Of a stretch of DNA of 64,000 nt, positions 48,905 to 59,295 are shown piece by piece. The DNA is from Candidatus Methylomirabilota bacterium (GTDB lineage Bacteria; Methylomirabilota; Methylomirabilia; Rokubacteriales; CSP1-6): contig JBKPAK010000112.1 in the NCBI GenBank assembly GCA_046726415.1, positions 8,086 to 72,085 of the forward strand, in the 5' to 3' direction. Each line of letters opens with the position of its first letter. Positions within the stretch are counted from its first letter, which is position 1. The notes below the pieces were generated by a model. That model was not told the DNA's origin. It worked only from the letters and a program-made list of their open reading frames with translations, and did not search any database. A program made the translations under genes and the position numbers.

Positions 48905-49881
48905 CGCATGCCCCCGCGCCCGAGCGCGCCGAGGACGTTCGGGTCGATTCGCAGGCCGAGGGAGAGCCCGAGGGCAGCCAGCGCGGTCTTGATCTCCTCG
49001 ATGGACTTCTCGCCGAGGTTCTTCACCTGACCCAGCTCCTCTTCCGTCTTCTGCGCGAGGTCGGCCACCACGTGAATGTCGCTGTTTTTGAGGGCGTTGA
49101 TGGCCCGCGAGGGCAGGGGCAGTTCCTCGATGAGTTTCCCCAGGGCGTCGCGCAGGAACTCTTCGCCGGATGCGGCCGCCGCGTCGTCGTCCTCCTCGCG
49201 CGCCCCAGCGCGCAGCGGAGCGAAGTGCTGTCGAAGATAGGTCGCCGATCGCATGAGGGCGTCGTCGGGGCTCACCGCGCCGTTCGTCCAGATTTCGACC
49301 ACCAGCTTCTCGTAATCGGTGATCTTGCCGAGCCGCGACATCTCCACGTTGTAGGAGACGCGGGTAATCGGGGAGTACGCGGCGTCGAGGGCAATCGCTC
49401 CCGCCGGCCCCGGGGTTCGCTTGCGATCGGCCGCCTCATAGCCGCGCCCGACTCCCACCCCCAGCTCCATGGACACGGTCGCCGGGCTTTCGATGGTCAA
49501 GAGATGTAGCTCGGCGTTGATGATCTCGACATCGACTTCGGGCAAGTCGGCCCCGGTGACGACCTTCGGCCCCTGGACGTCGAGGCGCAGGACCCGAGGC
49601 TCGCCACTGGGCACCTGGATGGCGAGCTTCTTGAGATTGAGAAGCACATCGACGGTGCTCTCCGTCACGCCGGGGATCCTGGTCTCGATGTTTCTCACCC
49701 CGTCGATCTTGACCCAGGACACGGCGGCCCCAGGAACGATGGAGAGAAGCGTGCGGCGCAGGGAGTTGCCCACGGTCAACGCGTACCCTTTCTCGAAGGG
49801 CTCGGCGACCAGGCGGCCATAGCGCTCGCCCAGGATCTCCCACTCCAATTTCTTCGGCTTCTGAAACGGAATTCGCGGCAT
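48901..49881 (-). CDS. rpoA: DNA-directed RNA polymerase subunit alpha (divergent)
   Basis: GNSLRR.LLS, LNLK, DA.YSP, IWTNG, CTD KNLG.KS..EI; located between rpsD and rplQ. Confidence 0.95.
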   Translation of the reverse strand: MPRIPFQKPKKLEWEILGERYGRLVAEPFEKGYALTVGNSLRRTLLSIVPGAAVSWVKIDGVRNIETRIPGVTESTVDVLLNLKKLAIQVPSGEPRVLRLDVQGPKVVTGADLPEVDVEIINAELHLLTIESPATVSMELGVGVGRGYEAADRKRTPGPAGAIALDAAYSPITRVSYNVEMSRLGKITDYEKLVVEIWTNGAVSPDDALMRSATYLRQHFAPLRAGAREEDDDAAAASGEEFLRDALGKLIEELPLPSRAINALKNSDIHVVADLAQKTEEELGQVKNLGEKSIEEIKTALAALGLSLGLRIDPNVLGALGRGGMR

Positions 49882-49896
49882 CAGTCGCTCGCTTCC

Positions 49897-50520
49897 TTAC
49901 TTGCTGTAGAGCTCGACGATCAGCTGCTCGGAGACAGGGATCTGGATGTCCTCGCGGAGGGGCAGGCTTCGCACCACCCCGCGGCGGCCGCTGGGATCCA
50001 ACTCCAGCCACTGGGGGACCTGCCCGCGTCCGGCGTTGAGGTTGTCATCCACCCGCACCTGGTGCTTGGAGCTGCCCCTGAGCGCGACGACGTCGCCTAC
50101 CTTCAGGAGGTACGAGGGAACCGAGACCTTGCGGCCGTTCACCTGGAAGTGGCCGTGGGCGACCATCTGCCGACTCTCCCGCCGCGAGGCCGCGAACCCC
50201 AGGCGGTGCACGGCGTTGTCCAGGCGCAGCTCCAGGAGCTTCAGGAGATTCTCGCCGGTCACGCCCTTCTCGCGTTCCGCCTCATGGAAGTAGCGACGAA
50301 ACTGCTCCTCCAGGACGCCGTAGATCCGCTTGGCCTTCTGTTTTTCCCGCAACTGGACTCCGTACGGGGTGAGTTTGCCCCGATTGAGACCATGCTGGCC
50401 GGGCGGGTAGTTCCGGCGCTCGATCGCGCACTTGTCGGTGAAGCAGCGAGCGCCCTTGAGGAAGAGCTTCATGCCTTCTCGGCGGCACAGGCGGCACTTA
50501 GCATCGCGGTAGCGGGCCAT
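49897..50520 (-). CDS. rpsD: 30S ribosomal protein S4
   Basis: [30 protein letters not shown]. Confidence 0.98.
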   Translation of the reverse strand: MARYRDAKCRLCRREGMKLFLKGARCFTDKCAIERRNYPPGQHGLNRGKLTPYGVQLREKQKAKRIYGVLEEQFRRYFHEAEREKGVTGENLLKLLELRLDNAVHRLGFAASRRESRQMVAHGHFQVNGRKVSVPSYLLKVGDVVALRGSSKHQVRVDDNLNAGRGQVPQWLELDPSGRRGVVRSLPLREDIQIPVSEQLIVELYSK

Positions 50521-50529
50521 GGCGTCCCC

Positions 50530-50940
50530 CTACACCCGCCGCCGCTTCGGGGGGCGGCAACCGTCGTGCGGAATGGGCGTCACATCACGGATCGAGGTCA
50601 CCTCGAGGCCCACCGCCTGCAGGGAGCGGATGGCCGCTTCCCGGCCGGCGCCCGGACCTTTCACGAAGACCTCGATGGTCTTGAGTCCATACTCCATGGC
50701 CTTGCGGGCGGCGATCTCGGCTGCCGTCTGCGCCGCGAACGGCGTGCTCTTTCGCGAGCCCTTGAAGCCGGCGCTCCCCGCGCTCGACCAGGCCACCACG
50801 TTGCCCATCTTGTCGGTGAGGGTCACGATCGTGTTGTTGAAGGTCGCCTGAACGTGCGCGACCCCCGTTCGAACCTCGCGCCGCTCGCGGCGCTTGCCCC
50901 CTTTCTTTCGGGGGGCGGGCTTCCCGGCCTGCTCCGCCAT
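50530..50940 (-). CDS. rpsK: 30S ribosomal protein S11
   Basis: [29 protein letters not shown]. Confidence 0.98.
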   Translation of the reverse strand: MAEQAGKPAPRKKGGKRRERREVRTGVAHVQATFNNTIVTLTDKMGNVVAWSSAGSAGFKGSRKSTPFAAQTAAEIAARKAMEYGLKTIEVFVKGPGAGREAAIRSLQAVGLEVTSIRDVTPIPHDGCRPPKRRRV

Positions 50941-50943
50941 CGC

Positions 50944-51348
50944 TTAGGCTCCTGCCTTCCTGGCCGCGGCCGTCGCCGTCGGCTTCTTCTTGATCATGAC
51001 CCCGCGTCGCGGGCCTTTGCGGGTGCGGGCATTGGTATGCGTGCGCTGGCCCCGGGCGGGCAGTCCCCGGCGGTGCCGGATGCCTCGATAAGAACCGATG
51101 TCCATGAGGCGCTTGACGTTCATCGAAAGCTCCCGCCGCAGGTCGCCCTCGACCTTGAGCTCGCGCTCGATGATCTCGCGGATGCGGCCGACCTCTTCCT
51201 CGGTCCACGCCTTCACGCGCTTGTCGGGATCGAGGCTGGCCCGGGCCAGGATGTGCCTGGCGGTGGGGCGGCCGATCCCATAGATGTAGGTGATCGCCAC
51301 CTCGCCTCGCTTGTCCCGAGGAAGATCGACGCCGGCGACGCGTGCCAT
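50944..51348 (-). CDS. rpsM: 30S ribosomal protein S13
   Basis: [28 protein letters not shown]. Confidence 0.98.
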   Translation of the reverse strand: MARVAGVDLPRDKRGEVAITYIYGIGRPTARHILARASLDPDKRVKAWTEEEVGRIREIIERELKVEGDLRRELSMNVKRLMDIGSYRGIRHRRGLPARGQRTHTNARTRKGPRRGVMIKKKPTATAAARKAGA

Positions 51349-51358
51349 GGAAGCCTCC

Positions 51359-51472
51359 TCAGCCCTGCCGCTGCTTGTGGCGCGGGTTCGTGCAAATGAT
51401 GCGGATGACGCCCTGCCGTCGCACGATCTTGCAGTGCTCGCAGCGCGCCTTGATCGACGGTCTCACCTTCAT
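51359..51472 (-). CDS. rpmJ: 50S ribosomal protein L36
   Basis: Hand-translated: [37 protein letters not shown] (37 aa, below the ORF-track cutoff). Confidence 0.97.
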   Translation of the reverse strand: MKVRPSIKARCEHCKIVRRQGVIRIICTNPRHKQRQG

Positions 51473-51495
51473 GCGATTGGTCCTGTCCTTCCGCG

Positions 51496-51714
51496 CTACT
51501 TGAACCGATACGTGATGCGCCCGCGCGTGAGATCGTAGGGCGACAGCTCGACCTTCACGCGATCGCCGGGGAGGATGCGAATGAAGTTCATGCGCATCTT
51601 GCCGCTGACGTGAGCGAGCACCCGGTGGCCGTTCTCCAGCTCCACCCGGAACATCGCGTTGGGAAGCGGCTCCACCACCGTGCCCTCCACCTCGATCGCG
51701 TCTTCCTTCGCCAT
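51496..51714 (-). CDS. infA: Translation initiation factor IF-1
   Basis: [27 protein letters not shown]. Confidence 0.98.
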   Translation of the reverse strand: MAKEDAIEVEGTVVEPLPNAMFRVELENGHRVLAHVSGKMRMNFIRILPGDRVKVELSPYDLTRGRITYRFK

Positions 51715-51724
51715 CGTCCTGCCC

Positions 51725-52498
51725 CTAAGCCGCGCTGGCGCGGTCTCCGTTGAGGGTTGTCAGGACCTCCGGACCACTTTCCGTCACCGCGATCGTATGC
51801 TCGAAGTGCGCGGCCAGGCTGCCGTCCGTGGTCACCGCCGTCCAGCCATCCGCCAGGATCCGGACTTCGTAGTTCCCCATGGTGACCATCGGTTCGATCG
51901 CCAGCACCATGCCCGGTCGGAGCCGAGGTCCTCGCCCAGGCTCGCCGAAGTTGGGCACCTGGGGTTCTTCGTGAAGCGCCCGCCCGATCCCGTGCCCCAC
52001 GAAGGCTCTCACCACTCCGAAGCCGTGCGCCTCCACATGCCGCTGCACGGCGTGCGAAACGTCGGACAGCCGGTGATCCGCCCGGCACTCCCCGATGGCG
52101 AGCTCAAGACTTTCCCGGGTCACATCGAGGAGCGTCTGGACGGCCGGCGGAACCGCGCCGATGGGAAGCGTTACCGCGCAATCCGCGTAGTACCCCTCCA
52201 CGATACACCCCAGATCAAAACCGACGATGTCCCCTTCCTTGAGACGCCGGTGCGCCGAGGGGATCCCATGGACCACTTCCTCGTTGATGGAGATGCAGAC
52301 GGTCGCGGGGAACCCTCGGTAGCCCTTGAACGCCGGTTTGGCCCCGCGCTGGCGAATGAAGGCCTCCACGTCCTGGTCGATCTCCAGGGTCGACATCCCC
52401 GCCTTCACCCGCGTGCGCAAGCGCTCCACCACCTGGGCCAGGATGTGCCCGCCCTGACGCATCAGGGTGATCTCGCGGGGCGACTTGTAATAGATCAC
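51725..52498 (-). CDS. map: Methionine aminopeptidase type I
   Basis: VVHGIP, GHGIG..LHE.P, AIEPM, AHFEHT. Confidence 0.97.
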   Translation of the reverse strand: MIYYKSPREITLMRQGGHILAQVVERLRTRVKAGMSTLEIDQDVEAFIRQRGAKPAFKGYRGFPATVCISINEEVVHGIPSAHRRLKEGDIVGFDLGCIVEGYYADCAVTLPIGAVPPAVQTLLDVTRESLELAIGECRADHRLSDVSHAVQRHVEAHGFGVVRAFVGHGIGRALHEEPQVPNFGEPGRGPRLRPGMVLAIEPMVTMGNYEVRILADGWTAVTTDGSLAAHFEHTIAVTESGPEVLTTLNGDRASAA

Positions 52499-53142
52499 GC
52501 CTGCCCCACCGCCTGTCGGATGGCCGCCCCGACGGCCACCATGGTTCCGTCGCCCCTCACCGACCGCAAGAGTCCGCGGTCGCGGTAGTAATCCAGAAGA
52601 GGGGCGGTCTGTCGCTCATACACGCGGAGTCGATTGGCCACGGTCGCCTCGCTGTCGTCTTCCCGCTGATAGAGCGGGCCCCCGCACCGATCGCAGACGC
52701 CAGGCTTGGCGGGAGGTGCCGAGACCATGTGGAACGTGCTACCGCATTGACGGCAGACCCGGCGACCGGTCAGACGGCGGAGAAGTTCCGCCTCCGGCAC
52801 GTCGAAGTACACGACGGCGTCGAGCTCCTGGCCGAGCTCCTTGAGGATCTGGGTCAGGGCCTCGGCCTGGCCGATCGTGCGCGGGAAACCGTCGAGGACG
52901 AAACCGCGCCGCGCGTCCGGCCGGGCCAGCCGCTCCTTCACGACCGCCACGATGACGTCGTCGGGCACGAGCGCGCCCTGGTCCATGTAGCGCTTCGCCT
53001 CATGGCCCAGCGGTGTTCCGGCGGCCACCGCCTCCCGCAGGATGTCGCCGGTGGCGATCTGCGGGACTCTCCATGCTTGGGCCAGCTCCCGCGCCTGCGT
53101 CCCTTTGCCGGCCCCGGGAGGGCCAAGGAAAGCCACACGCAC
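52495..53142 (-). CDS. adk: Adenylate kinase (zinc-binding LID)
   Basis: GPPGAGKGTQA, LDGFPR, CRQC...CDRC. Confidence 0.97.
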   Translation of the reverse strand: MRVAFLGPPGAGKGTQARELAQAWRVPQIATGDILREAVAAGTPLGHEAKRYMDQGALVPDDVIVAVVKERLARPDARRGFVLDGFPRTIGQAEALTQILKELGQELDAVVYFDVPEAELLRRLTGRRVCRQCGSTFHMVSAPPAKPGVCDRCGGPLYQREDDSEATVANRLRVYERQTAPLLDYYRDRGLLRSVRGDGTMVAVGAAIRQAVGQA

Positions 53143-53146
53143 CGGG

Positions 53147-54481
53147 CTAGCCCCTCCGCGCGAAGGCGCCACCGGGACGGGACTTGGATCGCTTCAGGAA
53201 TCCCTCGTAGTTGCGCATGAGGAGATGGGATTCCATCTGGCGGACGGTGTCCAGCGCCACCCCCACTACGATGAGCAGGCTGGTACCCCCGAAATAGAAC
53301 GGCACGTTGAACCAGCGGATGAGGAAGTCCGGCAGCACCGAGATGATGGCCAGGAAGAGCGCGCCGGGCAGGGTGATCCGGGTCAGCACGCGGTCGATAT
53401 ACTCGGCCGTCTTCTTACCCGGTCGAACCCCGGGGATGAAGCCGCCGTACTTCTTCATGTTGTCGGCGAGGTCGACGGGATTGAAGACGATCGCCGTGTA
53501 AAAGTACGCGAAGAACACGATCAGGGCCATGTACAGCACGGTGTAGGTGAAGCGGCCTGGGGAGAGGGCGTCGGAGAAGGCTTGCATCCACGGATGCGGT
53601 ACGAATCGCGTCAAGGTGGCGGGGAAGAGAATGAGGGAGGAGGCGAAAATGACGGGAATGACCCCCGCCGTATTGATGCGCAACGGGATGTGGGTGGACG
53701 AACCACCGTAGACACGCCGGCCCACCATGCGCTTGGCATACTGCACGGGGATCTTTCGCTGCCCCTCCTGCATGAGGACCACCGCCGCGGTGACCGCCAC
53801 CATGAGCAGGATCAGTGCGCCGAAGACGAAGAGCTTCAACTCCCCCGTCGTGATGAGCGTGTAGGAGGCCTCTACCGCCGACGGTAGGCGCACCACGATC
53901 CCCGCGAAGATGATCAGCGAGATCCCGTTGCCGATGCCCCGCTCTGAGATCTGCTCGCCGAGCCACATGATGAGCGCGGTCCCCGCGGTGAGGGTGATCA
54001 TCACCAAAAGGCGAAACCCCCAGCCCGGGAACGGCACGATGGAGACGCCGGTCGGGCTGCTCATGCTCTCCAGGCCGTAGGCGATGCCCAGGGACTGCAC
54101 CAGCGCCAAGCCGATCGTTCCATAGCGCGTATACTGGGTGATCTTCTTTCGTCCCGCTTCTCCCTCCCGGGCGAGTCGCTCCAGGGTAGGAATCACCACG
54201 GTGAGCAGTTGCAAAATGATCGACGCCGAGATGTAGGGCATGATACCCAGCGCGAACACCGAGAGCCGTCGCAGGTTCCCGCCCGAGAACAAGTCCACCA
54301 TACCCAGGAGTGTTCCCTGCACCTGATCGAAGAACTGCGCGAGGGCATGGCCATCGATGCCCGGAGTGGGCACGTGGGCACCGATCCGATAGGCAACCAG
54401 CAGGCCGGTCGTGATCAAGATTCGTCGCTTCAGCTCCGGAATCTTGAAGACGTTCTGGAAAGCGTGGAGGCTTTCGATCAC
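53147..54481 (-). CDS. secY: Preprotein translocase subunit SecY
   Basis: LGIMPYISASII, GIGNG, IPGVRPG, GGTSLLI.VGV. Confidence 0.98.
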   Translation of the reverse strand: MIESLHAFQNVFKIPELKRRILITTGLLVAYRIGAHVPTPGIDGHALAQFFDQVQGTLLGMVDLFSGGNLRRLSVFALGIMPYISASIILQLLTVVIPTLERLAREGEAGRKKITQYTRYGTIGLALVQSLGIAYGLESMSSPTGVSIVPFPGWGFRLLVMITLTAGTALIMWLGEQISERGIGNGISLIIFAGIVVRLPSAVEASYTLITTGELKLFVFGALILLMVAVTAAVVLMQEGQRKIPVQYAKRMVGRRVYGGSSTHIPLRINTAGVIPVIFASSLILFPATLTRFVPHPWMQAFSDALSPGRFTYTVLYMALIVFFAYFYTAIVFNPVDLADNMKKYGGFIPGVRPGKKTAEYIDRVLTRITLPGALFLAIISVLPDFLIRWFNVPFYFGGTSLLIVVGVALDTVRQMESHLLMRNYEGFLKRSKSRPGGAFARRG

Positions 54482-54945
54482 GGGGAGGCCGCCTGGGGCG
54501 CGAGCACCTCTGCTCGCCCGCCCTTCGCTTCGATCTTGGCACGCGCCGCCCCACTCACCGCGTGCGCCCGCACCGTGAGCGCGTGGCTCAGATCCCCGTC
54601 CCCGAGAATCTTCACGCGGTCGCGATCACTCCGCCGGACGAGGCCGGCCTCGACGAGGCTCGTTGGATCCACCACACTGCCCGCCCCGAAGCGCTCGAGG
54701 TCACTCAGGTTCACGATGGCGAAGGGGTGCTTGCCTCCGTGCGGAAAGAAGCCGCGCTTGGGTAGGCGGCGGTGGAGGGGCATCTGCCCACCCTCGAATC
54801 CGACCCTCACGCCGCCACCCGAGCGGGCCTTCTGCCCCTTGCTGCCCTTGGTCGCGGTCTTGCCGTGTCCCGAGGCCGGGCCTCGGCCAACTTTCTTGCG
54901 GCGGTGCTTCGTCCCGGGCGCTGGGCGGAGGTCCTCAAGCCTCAT
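54478..54945 (-). CDS. rplO: 50S ribosomal protein L15
   Basis: GRG..SG.GKT, FEGGQMPL.RRLPKRGF. Confidence 0.98.
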   Translation of the reverse strand: MRLEDLRPAPGTKHRRKKVGRGPASGHGKTATKGSKGQKARSGGGVRVGFEGGQMPLHRRLPKRGFFPHGGKHPFAIVNLSDLERFGAGSVVDPTSLVEAGLVRRSDRDRVKILGDGDLSHALTVRAHAVSGAARAKIEAKGGRAEVLAPQAASP

Positions 54946-55120
54946 GGGTCACCTGGAGCACGTGAGAGACCTTGGCGATCATTCCCCGCACGGTGGCTGT
55001 GTCCTCATGCGTCACGACATGGTTCATGCGCCGCAGTCCCAGCGCCTTGACCGTCGCCTCCTGTTTGGGGCTGAGCCCGATGAGGCTCTTTCTGAGGGTG
55101 ACCTTAAGCTTCCTTGCCAC
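54935..55120 (-). CDS. rpmD: 50S ribosomal protein L30
   Basis: KS.IG, T..ALGL, RGMI.KV.H. Confidence 0.96.
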   Translation of the reverse strand: MARKLKVTLRKSLIGLSPKQEATVKALGLRRMNHVVTHEDTATVRGMIAKVSHVLQVTHEA

Positions 55121-55637
55121 TGACGGCCTCCTGCGGCATGTCGCCGTCGCTGCTGCGCCGGCGGATCGCCTGCAAGTCCTGGAGCCGCTTAATCCGGCGG
55201 AGGGCGTCGATCGTCGCCTTGAGCACGTTGTGCGGGTTGTTGGACCCCAAGGTCTTGGTGAGAATGTCCTGCACCCCCGCGGCCTCGAGCACCGGCCGCA
55301 CCGCGCCCCCGGCGATGACCCCCGTCCCCGGCACGGCTGGCTTCAAGAACACCCGACCGGCCCCGAAGTGGCCTGTAATCTCGCAAGGAATGGTCGTCTC
55401 GCGCAAGGGGACATAGATCAGATCCTTCTTGGCGTGCTCGACCGCCTTGCGGATCGCCTCGGGAACCTCGTGGGCCTTGCCCAATCCCACGCCGACATGT
55501 CCCTTGCCATCCCCCACCACCACCAGGGCCGTGAAGGAAAAGCGGCGTCCGCCCTTGACTACCTTGGCCACCCGGTTGATCGTGACCACGCGGTCGGTCA
55601 ACTCCAGCACGCTGGGATCGATCCTCGCTTCCGCCAC
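55104..55637 (-). CDS. rpsE: 30S ribosomal protein S5
   Basis: [23 protein letters not shown]. Confidence 0.98.
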   Translation of the reverse strand: MAEARIDPSVLELTDRVVTINRVAKVVKGGRRFSFTALVVVGDGKGHVGVGLGKAHEVPEAIRKAVEHAKKDLIYVPLRETTIPCEITGHFGAGRVFLKPAVPGTGVIAGGAVRPVLEAAGVQDILTKTLGSNNPHNVLKATIDALRRIKRLQDLQAIRRRSSDGDMPQEAVSGKEA

Positions 55638-55648
55638 TCAGCGTCTCC

Positions 55649-55743
55649 TAACGTCGGGGGGAGCGACACCGCTCCCCCGACACCCCCTACCGGGAATCCC
55701 CGGCGTTCTTCTTCCGATTGCGGCGGCACTGCCGCCGCTCGAA
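55649..55743 (+). repeat. Dispersed structured repeat, family A copy (rplR-rpsE spacer)
   Basis: TAACGTCGGGGGGAGCG-acac-CGCTCCCCCGAC..CCCCC...GCGGCGGC-act-GCCGCCGC-TCGA; close match to 58950-59042. Confidence 0.9.
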
Positions 55744-55819
55744 CCCGGGCCTTCGGCCCACGCCTCGCATCGGTCGCCAGCGGCAACCATCGCTGCGGCC
55801 GCTGGGTCGCGGACTGCGG

Positions 55820-56185
55820 TCACAGGACAAGCCCTCCGGCCCGGGCGGCCTCCGCCAGCGCCTTGACCCGTCCGTGGAACTTGTAGCCCCCGCGATCGAA
55901 GACGACGCGCTCGACCCCCCGGGCCTTCGCTCGCTCGGCCAGCAATTCGCCGACCGCCTTGGCCGCCGCCACATTGCCACCCGAAGCCTGGCGCTCGCGC
56001 AACGATGGGCTGCGGCTGTCGACGGCCAGCACGGTGAGCCCGCGCTCGTCGTCGATGAGCTGGGCATAGATATGGTTGAGGCTGCGAAACACGGTCAGAC
56101 GCGGGCGCGCCGCCGAGCCCCGCACGTACCGGCGCAACCGGTAGTGGCGGATGTCGCGGGCCCGTCGCCGGTCCTGAATGATCAT
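55820..56185 (-). CDS. rplR: 50S ribosomal protein L18
   Basis: RPRL.VFRS..HIYAQ, FDRGGY..HGRV. Confidence 0.98.
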   Translation of the reverse strand: MIIQDRRRARDIRHYRLRRYVRGSAARPRLTVFRSLNHIYAQLIDDERGLTVLAVDSRSPSLRERQASGGNVAAAKAVGELLAERAKARGVERVVFDRGGYKFHGRVKALAEAARAGGLVL

Positions 56186-56724
56186 TTCGCTCCCGCCTTC
56201 TTGCCGACCTTGCGGCGAACGACTTCGCCCGCGTAGCGGATGCCCTTTCCCTTGTACGGATCGGGCTTGCGGAGCTCGCGCAGACGAGCGGCCGTCTGGC
56301 CCAGTAAGGCCTTGTCGACGCCCCGCAAGGTGATGGACACCTGCCGTTCGATCTCGGCCGTGATGCCGTCCGGCAGGGCGAAGACGATCGGATGCGAGTA
56401 GCCGAGAGCGAGCTGGATGTTCTTGCCTTGCATTTGCGCGCGATACCCGATGCCCACGATCTCCAGCTTGCGCTCGAAGCCGGCCGACACGCCAGTCACC
56501 ATATTGGCCACCAGGGAGCGGGCGAGACCGTGCAGGGCCCGCACCGTCCGTGCATCCGTCGCCCGGGTCAGCACCAGCTGACCGTCGTTCAGCTGGGCCG
56601 AGATCCCGGAGGGCACCGCCTGGGTCAGCCGCCCCTTGGGTCCTTCGGCCCGCACCACATTACCGTCCACCTGGACCTTGACGCCCTGGGGAATGCCGAT
56701 GGGTTTCTTGCCGATTCGTGACAT
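56182..56724 (-). CDS. rplF: 50S ribosomal protein L6
   Basis: [20 protein letters not shown]. Confidence 0.98.
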   Translation of the reverse strand: MSRIGKKPIGIPQGVKVQVDGNVVRAEGPKGRLTQAVPSGISAQLNDGQLVLTRATDARTVRALHGLARSLVANMVTGVSAGFERKLEIVGIGYRAQMQGKNIQLALGYSHPIVFALPDGITAEIERQVSITLRGVDKALLGQTAARLRELRKPDPYKGKGIRYAGEVVRRKVGKKAGAK

Positions 56725-56731
56725 GGGTCCC

Positions 56732-57133
56732 CTACCAGACGTAGGCGAGGACTTCCCCGCCAATCCTGTCTCTGCGCGCGGTGCGGCCGGTGAGCACTCC
56801 CCGCGACGTGGACAGCACCGCCACGCCCATGCCGCCCAGCACGCTGGGAATCTTGTCGTGCCCCACGTAGACGCGCCGCCCGGGCGTCGAGACCCGCACG
56901 AGTCCTGAGATCATCTTCTCGTTGGCCACGCCATACTTGAGGTAGACGCGCAGGACGCCCTGCTTGCCATCCTCGAGCATGCGAAAGTTCTTGATGAACC
57001 CCTCGTCCTTCAGGATCTCCGCCACGCGCACCTTCAGCTTGGACGCGGGAATATCGACCTTCTCGTGCTCCGCCCGGCTCGCGTTGCGGATGCGCGTGAG
57101 CATGTCCCCCATGGGATCACTGTGCATGGTCAC
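56732..57133 (-). CDS. rpsH: 30S ribosomal protein S8
   Basis: [25 protein letters not shown]. Confidence 0.98.
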   Translation of the reverse strand: MTMHSDPMGDMLTRIRNASRAEHEKVDIPASKLKVRVAEILKDEGFIKNFRMLEDGKQGVLRVYLKYGVANEKMISGLVRVSTPGRRVYVGHDKIPSVLGGMGVAVLSTSRGVLTGRTARRDRIGGEVLAYVW

Positions 57134-57315
57134 CAGCTCGCTTTCACGACGCCGGGTACCTCACCCTTGAGCGCCAATTCGCGGAAGCAGAGGCGGCACA
57201 GCTCGAACTTGCGGATGTACCCGCGCGGCCGTCCGCACAGCTTGCAGCGACGGTAGGCGCGGGTGGCGAACTTCGCGGGGCGCGACGCCCTGACGATGAG
57301 CGAGATCTTGGCCAT
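57130..57315 (-). CDS. rpsN: 30S ribosomal protein S14 (short zinc-binding type)
   Basis: RCKLCGRPR...[15 protein letters not shown]. Confidence 0.97.
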   Translation of the reverse strand: MAKISLIVRASRPAKFATRAYRRCKLCGRPRGYIRKFELCRLCFRELALKGEVPGVVKASW

Positions 57316-57321
57316 GGGTGA

Positions 57322-57984
57322 CTACTCCCTGAACGGCATGCCCAGATGGGCGAGGAGGGCCTTGGCCTCCTCGTCCGTGCGGGCCGTGGTAACGATGTTG
57401 ACGTCCATGCCCCGGAGCTTGTCGATCTTGTCGTAGACGATCTCCGGAAAGATCAACTGCTCCCGCAGCCCCAGCGCGTAGTTTCCGCGTCCGTCGAAGC
57501 CACGCGGCGGCACGCCCCGGAAGTCTCGCACCCGAGGCAGCGCCACGTTCATCAACCGGTCCAGAAACTCGTACATCCGAGGCCCCCGCAGGGTCACCTT
57601 GGTCCCGATGGGGACGCCCTCCCGCAGCTTGAAGTTGGCGATCGACTTCTTCGCGCGCGTGATGATCGGTCGCTGGCCGGTGATGGCCTGCAGGTCGGCG
57701 GTAGCGAAGTCGAGCACCTTGGCGTTCTCCCGTCCCTCGCCTACCCCCATGCTCACGACGATCTTGTGCAGGCGCGGGACCTGCCAGGGATTGGTGTATC
57801 CGCGCTCCTTCATGAGGGCCGGCAGCACACTCTGCTGAAAGCGCACCTTGAGGCGGGGAGGAACCTCGCCTCTCCCCTTTGGTCGGGCTTGTTCGGCCGG
57901 CGCCGCCGCCGGGGCGGCCTTCTGGCCCTTGGCCGGCGGGGGCTTTGGTTTCTGAGCCTTAGCGCGCGCGTCTGCTTTCGCCAT
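57322..57984 (-). CDS. rplE: 50S ribosomal protein L5
   Basis: [27 protein letters not shown]; Ala/Lys/Pro-rich N-terminal extension. Confidence 0.98.
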   Translation of the reverse strand: MAKADARAKAQKPKPPPAKGQKAAPAAAPAEQARPKGRGEVPPRLKVRFQQSVLPALMKERGYTNPWQVPRLHKIVVSMGVGEGRENAKVLDFATADLQAITGQRPIITRAKKSIANFKLREGVPIGTKVTLRGPRMYEFLDRLMNVALPRVRDFRGVPPRGFDGRGNYALGLREQLIFPEIVYDKIDKLRGMDVNIVTTARTDEEAKALLAHLGMPFRE

Positions 57985-57989
57985 CGCGT

Positions 57990-58316
57990 CTAACCCTTGT
58001 CGACCGACTCACCGCAGCGCTTGCACGCGCGGACTTTGCGGCCGTCGTTCAGGACCTTGATCCCCACCCGCACCGGCCGGTTGCAGCGGCCGCACACCAA
58101 CAGCACGTTGGACACGGCCAGCGGGCCTTCCCGCTCGATGATCCCACCCTGGCGCAGCTTCGGCGTCGGCCGCTGGTGCCGCTTGATCATATTGACGTGC
58201 TCGACGACGACCCGCCCCGAGTCACGCAGCACCCTCAGGACCTTGCCGCGCTTTCCCCGTTCCCGGCCGGCAATGACGCCAACCGTGTCCCCGCGCCGAA
58301 CGTGTACGTGAGCCAT
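57990..58316 (-). CDS. rplX: 50S ribosomal protein L24
   Basis: GD.V.VIAG..RGK.GKV KOW motif, SNV. Confidence 0.97.
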   Translation of the reverse strand: MAHVHVRRGDTVGVIAGRERGKRGKVLRVLRDSGRVVVEHVNMIKRHQRPTPKLRQGGIIEREGPLAVSNVLLVCGRCNRPVRVGIKVLNDGRKVRACKRCGESVDKG

Positions 58317-58684
58317 CAGATGACCTCGGGGGCCAACGAGATGATCTTGGTGAATTGCCGCTCTCGCAGCTCGCGAGCCACCGGCCCGAAGATGCGGGTA
58401 CCCACCGGATTCTCGTCGGGCCTGATGAGCACGACCGCGTTGCGATCGAAGCGGATGTAGGAGCCATCCTTGCGGCGCACTTCCTTCACCGTTCGCACAA
58501 CCACCGCCCGCGCGACCTCCCCTTTCTTGACCGTCCCGTCCGGGGTGGCTTCCTTCACCGCAACGATGACCGTGTCACCCAAAGACGCATAGCGGCGATT
58601 GGCGCCTCCCATGACTCGGATGCACTGCACTTTTTTGGCTCCCGAGTTGTCGGCGACATCGAGCATCGAGCGCGGTTGGATCAT
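58316..58684 (-). CDS. rplN: 50S ribosomal protein L14
   Basis: [25 protein letters not shown]. Confidence 0.98.
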   Translation of the reverse strand: MIQPRSMLDVADNSGAKKVQCIRVMGGANRRYASLGDTVIVAVKEATPDGTVKKGEVARAVVVRTVKEVRRKDGSYIRFDRNAVVLIRPDENPVGTRIFGPVARELRERQFTKIISLAPEVI

Positions 58685-58686
58685 GC

Positions 58687-58935
58687 TCAGGAGGGCCGGC
58701 TGACGATCGCCCGGATCCGCCAGCGCTTTTCCTTGGAGAGGGGCCGCGTTTCCTCGATGAGCACGCGATCGCCTACCTTGCTCTCGTTGTTCTCGTCGTG
58801 CGCCTTCAGCTTTTTCGCCATTCGGATCACGCGCTGGTAGCGCGGATGCCGGAATACACGCTCGATCTTCACCACGCGTGTCTTCTGCATGGCGTCACTG
58901 ACGACGACTCCCTCGCGACTCTTGCGCTCCCCCAC
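58687..58935 (-). CDS. rpsQ: 30S ribosomal protein S17
   Basis: G.VVSD.M.KT, AHDE.N, ETRPLSK.KRW. Confidence 0.97.
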   Translation of the reverse strand: MGERKSREGVVVSDAMQKTRVVKIERVFRHPRYQRVIRMAKKLKAHDENNESKVGDRVLIEETRPLSKEKRWRIRAIVSRPS

Positions 58936-58949
58936 GAATGTCTCCTCGT

Positions 58950-59042
58950 TAACGTCGGGGGAGCGACGCCGCTCCCCCCGACCCCCCCACTGGGATCACC
59001 CGGAGTTCTGGGTTCGAGGGCGGCGGCCAAGCCGCCGCTCGA
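58950..59042 (+). repeat. Dispersed structured repeat, family A copy (rpmC-rpsQ spacer)
   Basis: TAACGTCGGGGGAGCG-acgc-CGCTCCCCCCGAC..CCCCC...GCGGCGGC-caa-GCCGCCGC-TCGA. Confidence 0.9.
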
Positions 59043-59076
59043 CCGCACCACGACCGGCCCCCACCCGAACCCTTGT

Positions 59077-59280
59077 TCACGCCCGCGGCTCCTGGGTGGC
59101 GCGCTCGCGCAGGATGGTCCGGGCTCGCGCAAGGTCACGGCGGGTCTGGCGCACGCGCGCCGGGTTCTTGGCAACCCCCATGGACAGCTGGAAGCGGAGG
59201 TTGAAAAGCTCCTCGGTCAGGCCCCGCGCCTGCTGCTCGATCTCCTCATCGGAGAGCTCACGCCACTTGACCGGCTTCAT
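59077..59280 (-). CDS. rpmC: 50S ribosomal protein L29
   Basis: ELFNLRFQ, RR.LAR..T. Confidence 0.96.
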   Translation of the reverse strand: MKPVKWRELSDEEIEQQARGLTEELFNLRFQLSMGVAKNPARVRQTRRDLARARTILRERATQEPRA

Positions 59281-59295
59281 GACTCCTGTCCTCGT

